A DNA stretch of 64,000 bases from assembly GCA_001179505.1 (NCBI GenBank), contig CDMY01000954.1, positions 124,001 through 188,000 of the forward strand, in the 5' to 3' direction. The position numbers and the translations under genes are program-made. Position 1 is the stretch's first letter. Each line of letters starts with the position of its first letter. The notes under the pieces are model-generated. The model was not told the DNA's origin, did not search any database, and saw only the letters and a list, made by a program, of their open reading frames with translations. Positions 18,870 through 31,574 of the stretch are shown here, one piece after another. Source of the stretch: Vitrella brassicaformis CCMP3155 (Eukaryota > Protista > Chromerida).

Positions 18870-19058
18870 ATGGCGAGTGGAGAGGATGGAGGCCGCCATC
18901 GTGCTCATCACACAGTTAACGCGATGGATCAGCAGATGCAGGGGAGCGGCCAGCAGCACAACAACAGTAGCTCCATGGCCATGACGCCCATCAATGCGGC
19001 GGTGCCAAGGAGCATGCAGCTGCTAGAACAGCCAGAGCGGGCCGTCGGGACCGGGTGA
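18870..19058 (+). CDS. Possible 62-aa single-exon small ORF divergent from the kinase
   Basis: MASGEDGGRH...ERAVGTG*; GC-ending codons, no microsatellite; no recognisable domain. Confidence 0.3.
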   Translation: MASGEDGGRHRAHHTVNAMDQQMQGSGQQHNNSSSMAMTPINAAVPRSMQLLEQPERAVGTG

Positions 19059-19495
19059 TGCAATCGTCGAGCTGGCTGCCCTGCCTCTGGCTCCCCTCCC
19101 CAGCTGAGCGAATGCCTCAGCGGCTGCTTTAATGAATGTGTGTGGGCGTGGGTGTGTCTCCCTTGGACGTGTGTATGCGTCTGTGGACAGATGGAAGGAT
19201 GGATGGATGGATGTGAGCAGCACTGCAAAGCGATGCTTCTGTGTACAGACAGACAGTGGTGGACTGGCTGGCTGACTCGTGTGTGACGCATTGAACTGAA
19301 TGCATGATGCATTCACACAAAGTCGCCCACCAAACACATGCAGTTCAAACGTAGTAATTCATCGTCAGGAATCGTCGCGTCCACACAGGCATGGAACACT
19401 ACAACGAGAAAGAGCACTCCCATTCTCACGAATCAAGCATCCGACAAAGAGGCCAACATGTTGCACACAATCGACCGACACCATCCACTTCAGCC

Positions 19496-22400
19496 TTATT
19501 TGGTACACATCACTCCATGTCTCCCCCTCTCTGTCCAGCCATCAATCCACAAATGCCGATGCCGATGCCCCTGCATCGACCGTTCAGATGGGCCAAGAGA
19601 GCGAGCAGTGAGAGGGGGCGGCCGCATGAGCGAAGGGGGAGGGGGCGTGGGAGTCGACAGAGGGGTGAAGCCAAAGCCACCATTCTGGCTTACCAGCCAA
19701 TGCGCAGCGCTGTACGGGCCAGAGGCAGTGCACAGCACCTCCTGCCACAGCCTCTGCGACGCCTCAGTCAACTCCCTCCTCGCGCGCATGACACCATCAG
19801 CCCACCCCTGCTCGGTCCTCACCCGCCCGGGCTCAAACGCACCCCAGCCCGGCGGATGATGCACCACTCCTTTGCCATGTCCCTCTTCTGTCTTGTCCTC
19901 AGCCGACGCCGACTCATCCTTCTTGCTGCCGGCTGCAGAAATGTGTGGCCCTCGTCTGTGTTTGGCGGTTGATGTGAGCAGTGCGGGAGTGTGCGGCGGG
20001 ATGGGCACAGGGATCTTGGACTTTGCAGAGCCTATGTCGTCCTCAAAGCCACGCAGCCTGCGAGTGAGGGAAAGGCAGACATCGTTGGGGCCTCCCGGTG
20101 CTGGTCATTCTTGCGTGTGTGTCTTGCCTTTGTGACGTCTGCACGAGTGTTTGGCGATGGAGGTCGGCCGAGTCTGACTGAGTGGACACCAACGACCACT
20201 GCCAGGAGGGGAGAATGCGAGACATAGATGGATGTATCGGCCATCAACGTGGAGACACAGCACAGCGTGATACCCCACACGCTGACCTGACCTGTTCTTG
20301 TATGGCGGCAGGTAGTCTCTCTCCGATGATCCACTCCTCCATCGCACCATACGCCTCCAGAATGCCTGCAACCGACCCACCTGTGTCCATGGATGAGTGC
20401 ATCCATCCATTCCCCTGCTCACGCACCAGCGACCATTGTGCCGGGCCATCGTGTGGAGATCTCCTCTCTGCCGACAGCCACGGCAAAGACGACCACCTCA
20501 TCGGTGGCTGCACGCACCGTGAAGGGCTCTCTGTCGCCCTGGAGCAGCGAAGACACGCCCACCCAGTCCCCTGATGTCGCTGTGCACAGCGGCAGCTCCA
20601 TACACCATGTCTCAGCAGAGGAACGCTGAAAGAATATCATCTTGTTGTTGGTGCGGTGCAGCTGTCTGTGTGTCGTTCTCTGCTGACTGTGCGTATGCGT
20701 GCCGCCACTGATGCGGTGAGAGGCCTCGAGAGGTATGCCATGTTGCGCGGGCCGGCTGCCTCGCGAGCGCCTTTCCTCAGCTGGTGCAGCCGGTGCAGTT
20801 TCTCAGCCCTCTTGTCTTGCTGCGCCTCTTCAAAGTGTGAAACCTGCAGCTGAAGCGCTGTGCTCTACATCCACCCACACGACATCCCGGCAATACATCT
20901 ATCACACATGACTGACAATATGCATGCTGCCCATATATCTTTGCATATATCTCACCCACCTGTGTCTCTTGTTTGCTATCGTCATCGCTGCCTCTCGCCT
21001 GTTTCCCTGTTCCCGGTTTGCCCGCAACCCCTCCAGGCACCAGGCCATCGATGTAGAGCGTCCTTGCAAGCCGGGATCGGCCAGGAGGCAGGTCGATCAC
21101 CGCAGTTGGAGGGGCTCTCCTGTCCTTCTTGCCTTTTGGCCGTGCAGGAAGCTGCTCTTGCTGCTCTTGGTCTTGTGTCTCAGTGAGTTGCAGGCCGTCG
21201 AGTGTTGTGCAGAGGGAGAGCTGGACGGACCGCCACTTCGGATGGGCTGTATGCCACCAGGCCTGCAGGTGGGGGGGCGGAAGTACTGGCTGCTGTGCGG
21301 GTGCCGCATCGGGTCTCTCGGTGGAGGGTTGCTGCCCACACAGAGTAACAAACACAAGTCATGCGTTTGGTTTGTTCTCTGTGGCTGTGTCGTCGTCTCA
21401 CCTTCTGCGGGTCGGAAGGTTCCCCGCCTCGAAGGTTTGGTGAGGGGCCGGCGCCTTTGTCCTTGTCTGTCTCTGGCGGCGGGGTGCTGGTCCGAGACAG
21501 CGAAGTCCGATCGGCAAACGCAGCGGCACTCACACTGGCTGCAACCAGCCAGCCAGCCATATACACCGCCAAAGAGCATGGGCACACAGGTGTCTCGTCA
21601 CTGCTCACTCTGTGAGTGAAATGACGGCGCGCGGCTGAGCGATTTCTCGGTGCTCAGAGAGGGCGGCAGTGGGGGCGGCTGCTCCTGCTGTTGCTTCTGG
21701 TGTTCCTCTTGGCTGCCTGGTCGCCCCTGCCTGCCCCTCCCCTCCATCTCTGCCAGCTGCTCCACGGCCATGGGGTGCGCCAGCATGTTGTGAAAGAGGG
21801 GTGACGATGGCGCGCTCTCTCCCTCTCCCTCACCCTGCTGCCGCTGTTGGCCAGTGTCTTTCGCGTCGTGAGTGGTGGGTCTATGTGTCTGTGAGGTTGT
21901 TGCGGGTCTGGTGTGCCTGTACGTGTAGAGAAAGGTCGCCTCGCCTGAGGCTATCACGCCTCCTGACGCTGGGCTTGCTGGGGTCGTGTGAGTGGTGTCG
22001 TCTGCACGAGCGTCAAGCAGTGGGTGGGAGGCGTGCGTGATGACGTCGCCCTTCCGGAATCGCTGAATGCGGGAACATAAATGCGTTGTGCATTCATTAT
22101 TCATGAATGTCATGTGTCTGTCTGCGTTGTCTGCTCACTCGTCTGGTGAGGGTGAGTGCGATCATTTCCATGCGGTGGGCCGGCAAGTCAGACGCGCTGG
22201 GCAACAGTGACCGTAAGGCATCCACATTGCTCTCGAACTCCCGCACCCCGGCAGCCTGCACAACAGACGTGACAAGGACACTCACTCACTCACTGCATGT
22301 CTGTCTGTCTCATATATGACGAAGGATATCTGTCTGTGTCTCACGCACGAAATGGGCGGTCTTGCAGGCCTCTTTGGATAGGATGAGCAGCACACACTCC

Positions 22401-23860
22401 CTGCCGACGGTGTCGGCAGTCAGAGCCCCCCTGTCCTTGAGGGAATTCTGCATGGTTTCAAAATCACGCGACTCGCCTGTCAATGCATTACACACACACG
22501 TGTGGTCTGGTCGATCGTGTGTGTCTCGTGTCTGTACTACTTACCTGTGTGCAGTCTCATGATGAGGTACTTCCTCTTGCCCGCCGCTCCCTCCCTGCCA
22601 GCGCCTTCTGTGGCGCAGAAGGACTGGTGTCTTCGCAGCTTGGCCCACCCACTCGCTGTGCTGCTACGGCGCCTCTCATGACCGCCACCCTCATCACCTA
22701 CACCTCACCAAACACACACACGGCGAAGAGACAGAGAAGAAGAGAGAGAGACATGTGTCCAAGGCTCTTGGGGACGACAGACTATGACTGACCCTCGTAT
22801 GAGGATGAAGCAGCCGATGAGCTTGAGCTGGAGAGTGAGGGCATGTCGATGAATTTGGTCGACCGACGCCGAATGCTCTTGCGCACAGGCGATGAGGGCG
22901 GGGAGGGGGACTTGGGCACAGACGGGTCGCGCAGATGCTCAATCGTGCAGGATCCCCTCAGACACAGCACAAACGAATCCCCTGCACACGTATTAATTGC
23001 TGTACGTATCCTTACGGACGGACGCAATCGGTGTGTGTCCATCCACTCACTCACTCACTCACTCAGGGCGTCGTTGTCGAGCAGCACTTTGCCCTTGGGC
23101 TCTTCCCTGGGTGCTGCTGCTGCTGCTGCTGGCTCACCACCGTCAGGGTTGGCAGCGACAGTGGGTGTCTTCTTGGTGGCTGCAGCCCTTGGGACGGCCG
23201 GCGGAGGGGGGCAATACAGGATGCGACACGCATCCCTCAACATCTGACAGACCACCACCGTCACACACACACACACACAGACACCAATTCAGCTGCCTCT
23301 CTCCCATCCATGGCCTACCCACCTGGGCCAAGACACCCGGCCGTTGTTCTCTCAAGGCGAACGTGTGTCTGAGCAGAGACACGGCCTTCAGGAAGACGGC
23401 GTAGGATGCGCCGCTCAGGCCCCGCAGAGACTCGAAGGGCATCACAGACACACGACGCTCCTGGGGCTGGGCCCTCAGCCTCTCTGGCTGGTGCATCACT
23501 CTGCCAGTGAGCGACTTTTGTGCGCGTGGCGCTGTGACGGTCTCGGGACGCAGGGCCTTGCAAAGCTGAATGACCAGACAGACGCGGGGGAAGAGAGTGG
23601 AATACGAGTCGAGAATGGCATTCATTGCTCAGCTTCCTTACCGCATTGCATCCTTCTGCGAGTGCGTTCCTGTTGGAAAGATTCCACACCGCCTCAGAGA
23701 TGGCGCTTGTTTGCGTGAGCATGACACTCCCGCCGCTGACAAAGGATTCCCCTCCCCGCCGAGCCTCTTTGACCTTCTTGGCCCCTTCATCGTTGTGCTG
23801 CGCCTCCGATGTGCTGCGCCGGGCGGCCAGCAGGATGGAATTGCACCGAGCTTGGGACAT
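19496..23860 (-). CDS. Multi-exon protein with two degenerate cyclic-nucleotide-binding-like domains and long low-complexity inserts
   Basis: LHTGESRDFETMQ...RGALTADTVGRECVLLILSKEA (CNB-like 1). RFRKGDVIT ... SGDWVGVSSLLQGDREPFTVRAATDEVVVF (CNB-like 2). 5' exons link in phase 0 (EGCNA|LCKAL..., GVLAQ|MLRDAC). Ends approximate. Confidence 0.6.
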
Positions 23861-24919
23861 CGATGGATGGTCTGGGTCCGTTGAGAACAGACTTGCGGAG
23901 TGTTCTTTGGGAGTGTTTTGTCAGTGGGGGCTGGTGGGGGTCCGGGTGGTGAGACGGGAAGGAGACGGAAAGATCTCTTCGAGGCGCTTGCACGAACTGC
24001 ACATGTGGCTGTCCTATCCATACGGTGTCCATTCGTGCGTCCAAACATGTTATCACATGCACCTATCCTACCCTATACACAGACAGCGTGAATGCAATCA
24101 ATGCACACACACCGACACCCACACAGACAGACATGGCGTTGCATGCAGCATGATCATGTACACAGGCGTTATAAAAGAGTCGGCGGCGTGTGCGTGTGCG
24201 CGTGTGTGTGTCTTCTCTGTGTGTCTGTATTGTGTGGGCAGGAGGCAGTCGGGTGACAGTAAATCGTCGCAACCAGCTCACTCGGTGGTGCTCCAGGCAG
24301 GCCAACCAACTCGCAGCTCAGCACAGACATCGGGCAGGCATCACGGAGGCACATCTTGACACAAAACGTCACGCGCACAATCGGTGACAAACAAGGCGAA
24401 AACTCTACATTCACATGACGCACAGGGGCGGTCGGGCAGACAGACAGGCAAGGCTGCAGGCTACTACAACAAAGCCGGCCGGCCATTTGCAAACACGGCC
24501 AGCTGGCTTGAAAAACACCTTCTGATGAATGGTGCACGCGATGGAATGCACTGCACCGGATGCATTGATCCATCCACCCACCCATCAAGACTGCATCCAT
24601 GCAGACAGGCAGAGGGAGGCAAGACAGGCAGGGAGACGTAGGCGCTTTGGACAATCGTTGCGTTGATGTCTACCTAAATCTTCTACCCCGCCACACCACA
24701 CCACACGCAGCATACAGACACCGCACACGCACACTCACACGCAAAAACAGAGACAGACAGAGGGGGAGGGATGGAGAGAGAGAGAGCGAGAGCGAGGAGC
24801 TTGGCCCCTCCGCCCCCCAGTGTGCAAAAACCACAGTCCACAGCAGACAGAGCTATGTACAAGAAAGTCGCCCCCTCCCTGACTCACTCACTCCCCTTTT
24901 GCCCCCTACATTCACACGC

Positions 24920-25947
24920 TCAGACGGGCACTGGCTTGCCCTTGCTCGCAAACTCCTCGAAGTACTGACTGACTTTGTCCCAATTGACGATGCCCCAGAA
25001 GGCATCGATGTACTCGGCCCGCCGATTCTGGTACTTGAGGTAGTCTGGAGCATAACACAGGACACAGCCACGACAGACAGATGCCCATCAGGCGGATGGC
25101 CTTGGGTGCATTGCGGCGGCTCACATGCGTGTTCCCAGACGTCCAGCCCCAGGATGGGGATGAGGACCTCCTGCCGGCCATTGACGCCCTTCATCAGCGG
25201 GTTGTTCTGGTTCGCGGTTGAGACGACGAACAGCTCACCGTCCTTGACGGCCAGCCAGGCCCACCCGCTGCCGAACACGCTCTTGGCCGCCGTACTGAAG
25301 GACTCTTTCATGGCGTCGAACGAGCCGAATGCCTGCCGGCACAGACACCAAGAGGCATGATCACATGTGTGTCGAGATGACCCCCTTTTTGTGTGCGGAC
25401 GCACCTTGTCAATGGCCGCCTGGAGAGCGGGGGATGGCTTCATCTGTGAAGACGAGGAAACCGAGGTGAGGATGGTCCAAAAGAAACCTGGTACGTTCAG
25501 AGGGATAGAGCGACAAACGTCATCATGCATATGGTGGCAGACCATCTCACCGTGGTTGTAAGCGCCTCCGGCGTTGTTCCTGGCAAATGGGCCGAGAGTC
25601 GTGATGTCCCTCTGGATAATCTCGAGTGGTTTATCCACGATGGCAGAGGCGTTCTCATCCTCAGCCACCACAAGGTTGATGTTCCTCACGTAGCCAGCAT
25701 AGTGCGTACTCCAATGGACAAACATCTGATCACACAGATACACATCCACACAGTCACACACCCGCTTCCACGCATCAACAGCCCACATGTGAGTGTACGT
25801 GCTCACCGTCTTGGTGTCGATTGCGGGTTCCAGGAAATCGAAGTCATAGGGGAGGTGCTTCTGTTCGTATTGGCCGTTGGTCTCCGGGCCCGCCACGGCA
25901 GCCACCGCCATCACCAGTACACCAACCAGCGCGCGTGCCATCTTCAT
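24920..25947 (-). CDS. SOD: Fe/Mn superoxide dismutase with Mn-type signatures and an N-terminal signal peptide
   Basis: [58 protein letters not shown] and [18 protein letters not shown]. All four metal ligands are present; introns are canonical and in phase. Confidence 0.96.
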
Positions 25948-26249
25948 CACCACTTGTCTGTCCGCGGGTGTTGGAAGCGAGCGAGTAGCTGATACTCAGG
26001 TACGTGAGAGGAAGGCTTGGGAAAGCTGATGAAGGCTGAGTGGGGCTGATGGGAAAGTGCGAAGTTGGATCTGGCGACGCGGGTAGCGGCTTGTGAGTAA
26101 TTTCCTTCACCGGAGGAGGAGAGAAGGAAGGAAAAGGAGGGAAAAGTTGGCTCCCTCTCCCAACTGCTCTCTCCGGTTTCACGGAAGCTCGCATTAACGC
26201 CCCGGGCAGAACCGCCAACTTGGGGAGGTTTTGTGTGTACGAGTCCAAT

Positions 26250-29142
26250 ATGGTCCCCTCTGCGCCCTCCTCTCTTGACTTCTCCCAGCTGGTGAAGCTG
26301 CTCATCCACTTCCAGGGCAGATCAACCATCAGCGAGGCAGCTGTCCCGCATGAGGTTTTGGAGCGAGTGCTGACCCATCTGCAGACGTCGCACACCGGCG
26401 GGTTCGTGCTGCATCATGTTGCCAAGGCCGGCTGTCGGGACTCATCCTTCTGGGCACGGGCGGCTGCGGCGCTGACTGACGGTGTGGTGCGGCAGTATGA
26501 CGGCAAGGCCGTCGCCATGACCTGCAATGCCTTTGCAAGGGCCAGACGGGCTGAAGGAGATGTCATGAGAAGGCTGGAGAGGCAGATGGTGACACTCATT
26601 GAGGACAGCCATTCTCTGCAGCGGGGTCACTGTGGAGTGAGTGCCCAAGATCTGGCCATGACGGTGAATGCCTGGGCTCAGCTGAATTATTTCCCCTTGC
26701 AGCCGTCCCTCTCGCCGCTGTGCAGGGCGGCTCGGGCACGCGCGACTGGTCCACTCGGCGACTTTGACGGCAAGACTATCGCGCTGCTTCTCAATGGGTG
26801 GGGCAAGATGGATGCCCGGCCATCGTGTGACGACTGCCGTCATGCGTCATGCCTGTCTGCCTTGGTGGCTCATTTCGCCGGCTCTGTCTCATCGACGGAT
26901 CTCAACTCGCAAGATGTGGCTCTGCTGATGGGGTCTGTCGGGCAAGCCATGGAGCAGTGCGATGAATCGAGGGCTGCTGTGCTGAAAGAGATGGGTGTGG
27001 ACTTGCTTGGACGGGCCATGGAGCTGCTGAACGGCGGGAGGTTCCGGAACAACCATGAGTTGGTGGCGTTTTATAATGCGGCGACACGATGGTGGCTGTC
27101 CCTACCTGCCAAGGGAGATGTGCGAGCGTCACTCGAGCAGCTGACGGCCTCTCTAATGCAGCGGCTCACCCCCTCCCTCTCGTCCCTGCCATCGGCGAGC
27201 GTCATCATCCTTGCCAATGCCATGACGAGGGTGCTGTCAGATGAGGGCTGCTACGGCTCTCCCGCCCACACGCAGTCGGCCTACCCCTTTCTCGACCTGC
27301 TCTGCCGCGACCTCGCGAACCGTGACACGAGAGCTCTTGCCGGCCTGTCTGCGCAAGACCTGGCCAACGTGAGCCACGTGTTGGGGGTGCTGATGGAGAG
27401 GGAGGGAGGCCACCATGAGCATGAGCATGAAGGCGCGAGTCAGCTGCTTGGGCGCCTGGTGGCCTTTCTGTCGAGCCGGCCCGTTGCGCAGGGGAGCATC
27501 ATCCACCAGTGCGATGTGCGGCACCTCTGCTGCATCGTCAACGGGCTGGCCAAGTGCAGTGGGCGTCTTGATGGGTCGATCAGAGGTGTGGTGGAGAGGC
27601 TGGCCGCTCGGACGATGATGCTGCCACACGACAAATGGACGCTTCCCGAGGCTTCCCTCACGGCCAGTGGCATGTGGGTGCTCCAGGCCATCGCCTTCGC
27701 CAGTGAGCCGGCGCTTGTGGGCTACCCTCTATGGAGCTTTATCATCGACCGGCTGCTCTCGCCGCACCTGGCGGCCCTCACACGCCTTCCCTCCCTCTCC
27801 CCTGCACAATTACAGACACTTGCGTCGGTGGCGGCGCTCTTGAGCAACGTGCATGGGCGCGTTGTGATGGAGGAGGAGGCGGGGACGAGTCCTGGCAGGT
27901 GGGGTGTGATGGTCAATGGGTGTGTGGGTTTACTGGTGGACGTGCTGGCGGGGAGAGTCTGGGAGAAGGGCATCAACGGCAAGACCTATGCGACCTTGTT
28001 TTGCTCGCTCGTCAAGGTTAGTCGAAAAGGTGGTGTGGGTGGGCAAAAGCGAGATGTTCATTGCTGTCTTCCCTCTGTTATGGATCAATGCAGCTGCCGG
28101 TAGTGAGGGCTGGTGGGCCGTCTTCCCATGGGCCATCGAATGGCGTCATGCTGCTGGAGAGGCTGCTGCAGACCAGAGGTAAGGGCAAGACCCTCGCTGC
28201 AAAATTGGAGTTTGTGTAGCATCTCCCTCTCTGTCTGATGTCTGCAGATGAGGCGTCGTCTGTCGCTCTCACTCTAATGCCCTCCCTATCAGCCGGAGAG
28301 ACCGACGGTGAGCCAGCAAATCGATGAGAAATGGCTGCGTGCGTCCGTGATGCCCCTGTATGTTTGCATATATGACGTGGTGCAGATGTGTTGTGGGCGC
28401 TGCGCCAACCGGCTGTGGCTAAAACCGCCTCACTCCAGCGGTCAAGGTGGCGCATATTCGACCTCATCACACAGGTGCGAACCGACACAGCAAACCGCCA
28501 TCCACTCATTATCGATGTTCCCTCCATTCTGTGTGTCTCAGCGTCTGTCTATCTCGCCTCCCGACCGCCACCAGCGGGCCTCTCTGCCGCTCCTGTGTCT
28601 CGAAAGCGCCGATCGGTGGGCGCTGCTCGGTGTCTTCACGGGATGCGCTGAGATGATGGGCGCCAGACAGACACAGAAAGGACGACGGGAGGCCACAGCA
28701 GCCGCGTTGCTGGATGAACTGGTCGATCGCTTCTACGACCACCTCAGCAGACATGTGGCCGACGGAGATCAGAAGGTGAGAAGTCGGGGGATCCATACGC
28801 ACGGATGGCCTTCATTCTGTGGACGCTGAACGATGTCCGTCTCGTGTGCGCGTGTGTTTGTGTGTGTGTGTGCAGTACTGCGGGCAGCTGATGTACACGC
28901 TTCGTCTGATCGATGAGGGGTCGCCTGACGCTGACTATGACGACACACGCACGGCGGTGGGCTACAGGCTGTTGGTCCAGCTGGCGCAGCAGGCGAGGGC
29001 CAGGATGCACCAACTCATGGCTGACTCGCAGCAATCGTCAGAAAGGGCTGAGGTGTTGGCTGATCCCTCAGGCTATGTGCATGGTACACAGCAACACGAT
29101 GCTGGTGCCGGTGTGCGTGTGTCGGCGAATGTAGCCAACTAG
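26250..29142 (+). CDS. Second HPR/OPR-like helical-repeat protein (long first exon plus several 3' exons)
   Basis: Repeats YDGKAVAMTCNAFARA, VSAQDLAMTVNAWAQL, FDGKTIALLLNGWGKM, LNSQDVALLMGSVGQA, LSAQDLANVSHVLGVL, CDVRHLCCIVNGLAKC. Canonical in-phase introns lead to TAG at 29142. Confidence 0.75.
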
Positions 29143-29654
29143 TCATATAGATTGCATTCATTCTGAGTCAGACAGATGGACTCCGTGTTTCCGTGTCGCA
29201 GCTAAGTTGCCTGCCAAGAGGCAAAGTACGAAGTTTGCTTGTCGCCGTCGATAGAATGAGACCGATTAGATGAATCGTGGCTGTCTTCCCCTCACCCTCT
29301 CCCCGTCTCGTATTGCACATACATACACACATAGAAACACACCATACATCCATCAATCCATCTGCCTTAAGCCGCCGCCACAGACCGCGATCACTGAGGC
29401 ATGCAAAGAAAGAATCCCAACCACTCGGTCCGTCTATCCACTGCCCGGCTTCTTGCGCTGGCGGAACCCGCCCTCCACTCCTCCAAACAAGCTGATCATG
29501 TCATGCACAAACACGCATACACATACATACACGGATGGCACGCAGCTGTCGGTCTTTATTCGCCCACCCGTCAGTCTTAGTGGGGAGTTCTCTGATACTG
29601 ATGAGTGCCCCCTCCTCTGATGTTGCCAGCTCCGATGAGCCAACAGATGAAGTT

Positions 29655-30401
29655 TCAGGCGTGTCCGCATCTGGTGGTGGCGAAGTACTCGACGACGGTC
29701 TTATCCGTGAAGGGGGCAATGATGGCGTTGCGAAGAAACGAAAGCAGGAGAATATTGTGCTGGTCATCCCCCTGATGGATGTAGTAGGCGATGGCGAACG
29801 CGGCGAGGCGGGCCCAAGAGAAGAGCACGTGGAAGAGCTGGCATACTGCCTTAAGGCCGTCGTGTTGCTCCTGTTCAGTATCTTCTGTGCCGTGCTCCGG
29901 TCCACTGCCTTCTGTTCTACGGCACAACACGCAAACAGAGAGAAGCAGCATGGGGCGTCAGTTTCACACAACAGGGAGCTACTTGTTGGCCTTACCAGTA
30001 GCCTGACAGCCTGCCAAATACAAGCGGATCTTGGCGGTCGCGCCAGGCCCCCCAGCTTCAGCATGGGGCAGCAGGGAGATGTAGTGGGTCGCCTCGCCGC
30101 TGATGAAACGAACGTACTTCTCCTGCTCGGCTTCGGTTTCGAAGGCGCTCCTGACCGCCTGGTTGACGGCCAGCATCTCGTCACGCGTCACCCCAATACT
30201 TACAAGCTGGGCGATTGTCGTCATTCCGTCGAGGGGGAGCCAAGGTCTCTTGACGAGAAGGATTTTGTCTAGTGCTGGCTCGATGGGTCTTCCTTCCCCA
30301 GCATGCAGCGGTCTTCCTTCCCCACTTTCTCTGGTCGCTTTCACGCACTTGCTCTAACCCTGAACTAGGGAGAGGAGCGTGGTTCCGAGCGCCTCGTCCA
30401 T
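29655..30401 (-). CDS. Hypothetical protein (MDEALGTTLLSLVQ|DKILLVKRPW...FHVLFSWARLAAFAIAYY...RCGHA*)
   Basis: About 85% GC at codon position 3 on the minus strand in the 30061-30180 stretch counted. A phase-1 GTTAGA...TAG intron at 30269-30358 joins the frames. The second-intron donor is ambiguous. No recognised domain. Confidence 0.55.
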
Positions 30402-31574
30402 GGGGCTTCAGGTGCTCAGCAAGGTCCCGAAGCCAGCAGGGTGGCGCCGGCGGCTGATCACCCTGTACGTCAAATTCGGCGGTTGCATCTTTGTTTGCCA
30501 CGAGGCTTTCTTCATTCATCCTGTGTGTGTGCGTCTGTGTGTGCCCGCACATCTACTACACTCACAAGGCTGTCTTCGATGCGCTGCCAGAGCATCAGAC
30601 TGCCGAGAAGGGCTACGCAGGCGCCCTTGCCGGTTACATCTACGAGAACGGCCAGCTTCCCAAGCTCATCCGCATCGCCGGCAAGTACCACTACCAGCAC
30701 TGGCACGTGTGTCTGTGCCCTATTGTCTGTGCGTGATCAGTTCTGGTGCGAAGAGGGCCTTGCATCGCCGCAATGGTCCCACCCCATCTATGCGCGACCA
30801 AGTGATCAGTCTTCTGAGCGAGCGGCTGAGATGCAAGAGGAGAGGCTGACTTCAGTATGGCTCGGCTGCGTGTAAGTGGGACTGCAGCTGCTCCCACGGG
30901 CGTGCATTCATCCTCTATGTGTCCTTTGTGTGTGCGTACAGGCTGAGGGGAATTGCCACGGCGGCCACACGCTCCCCTCCTATCAGCAGACTCGCACCCA
31001 TCCTCCCCGCACCGGCCGATTTGACCCCATCAACAGCATCGTCGTCACGGTCATCCACTGCTCACCCCAAGATGTGTGCTCTTCCGTCCTCAGATGGCTG
31101 GGATGGGTGAGGGAGGGAGGGAGACGGGCATCGGGGGAGGGGAAGCCAGCAGGAGCGCCGACCAGCGGCCGGACACATCCACATCTTCATCGAATCCCCC
31201 CATCCAGCCCCCACACCCCGCAGTCAGCATCAACGGTCGGGTGCTCGCCTCGGACGGGGCAACAGAGGCGAGTTGTTATCAACAGCGGGGCCGACCATGG
31301 GCTGGATAACACGTCAACGGGCATGCGGGCGTCTCACCCTCAAACTCTCGGCAAGCGCGACATACAGGCACGATATACGTCCAGTCCGTCGGGGCCAGAC
31401 GTGTCGAGGAGGCGTGGAAGGGGGGGCGCAGCCAGCAGACCTCTGTCAGATCGTGTGGCAGCTGACTATGCATCCGCCGTACGTGCCGCCCTCCAGCAGA
31501 CGTACAATCCGTATGCCGATGCCAAGGGCGGGGTGGCGTCTACGATTGGTGATGTGCTCGGACGGGGGAGATAG
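30400..31574 (+). CDS. Hypothetical multi-exon protein (MGLQVLSKVPK...FFIHP|AVFDALPEHQTAEKGYAGALAGYIYENG...)
   Basis: GC3-rich plus-strand exons joined by short GT-AG introns with consistent phases (30523-30568, 30707-30740, 30854-30940). Last exon frame uncertain; no recognised domain. Confidence 0.5.

Noticed and set aside
29535-30272. 245-aa plus-strand ORF
   Set aside because: Codon-aligned antisense shadow. Minus-strand GC3 (about 85%) exceeds plus-strand GC3 (about 63%) in the stretch counted, and the splice signals are on the minus strand.
30354-30368. Plus-strand branch point CTAAC plus TAG acceptor
   Set aside because: CTAAC is simply the reverse complement of the minus-strand GTTAG donor, and no matching plus-strand coding exon lies upstream.
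30523-30550. Apparent non-canonical GT-AC 28-nt intron
   Set aside because: A canonical GT-AG intron (30523-30568) gives the same frame correction, and there is no U12 consensus.
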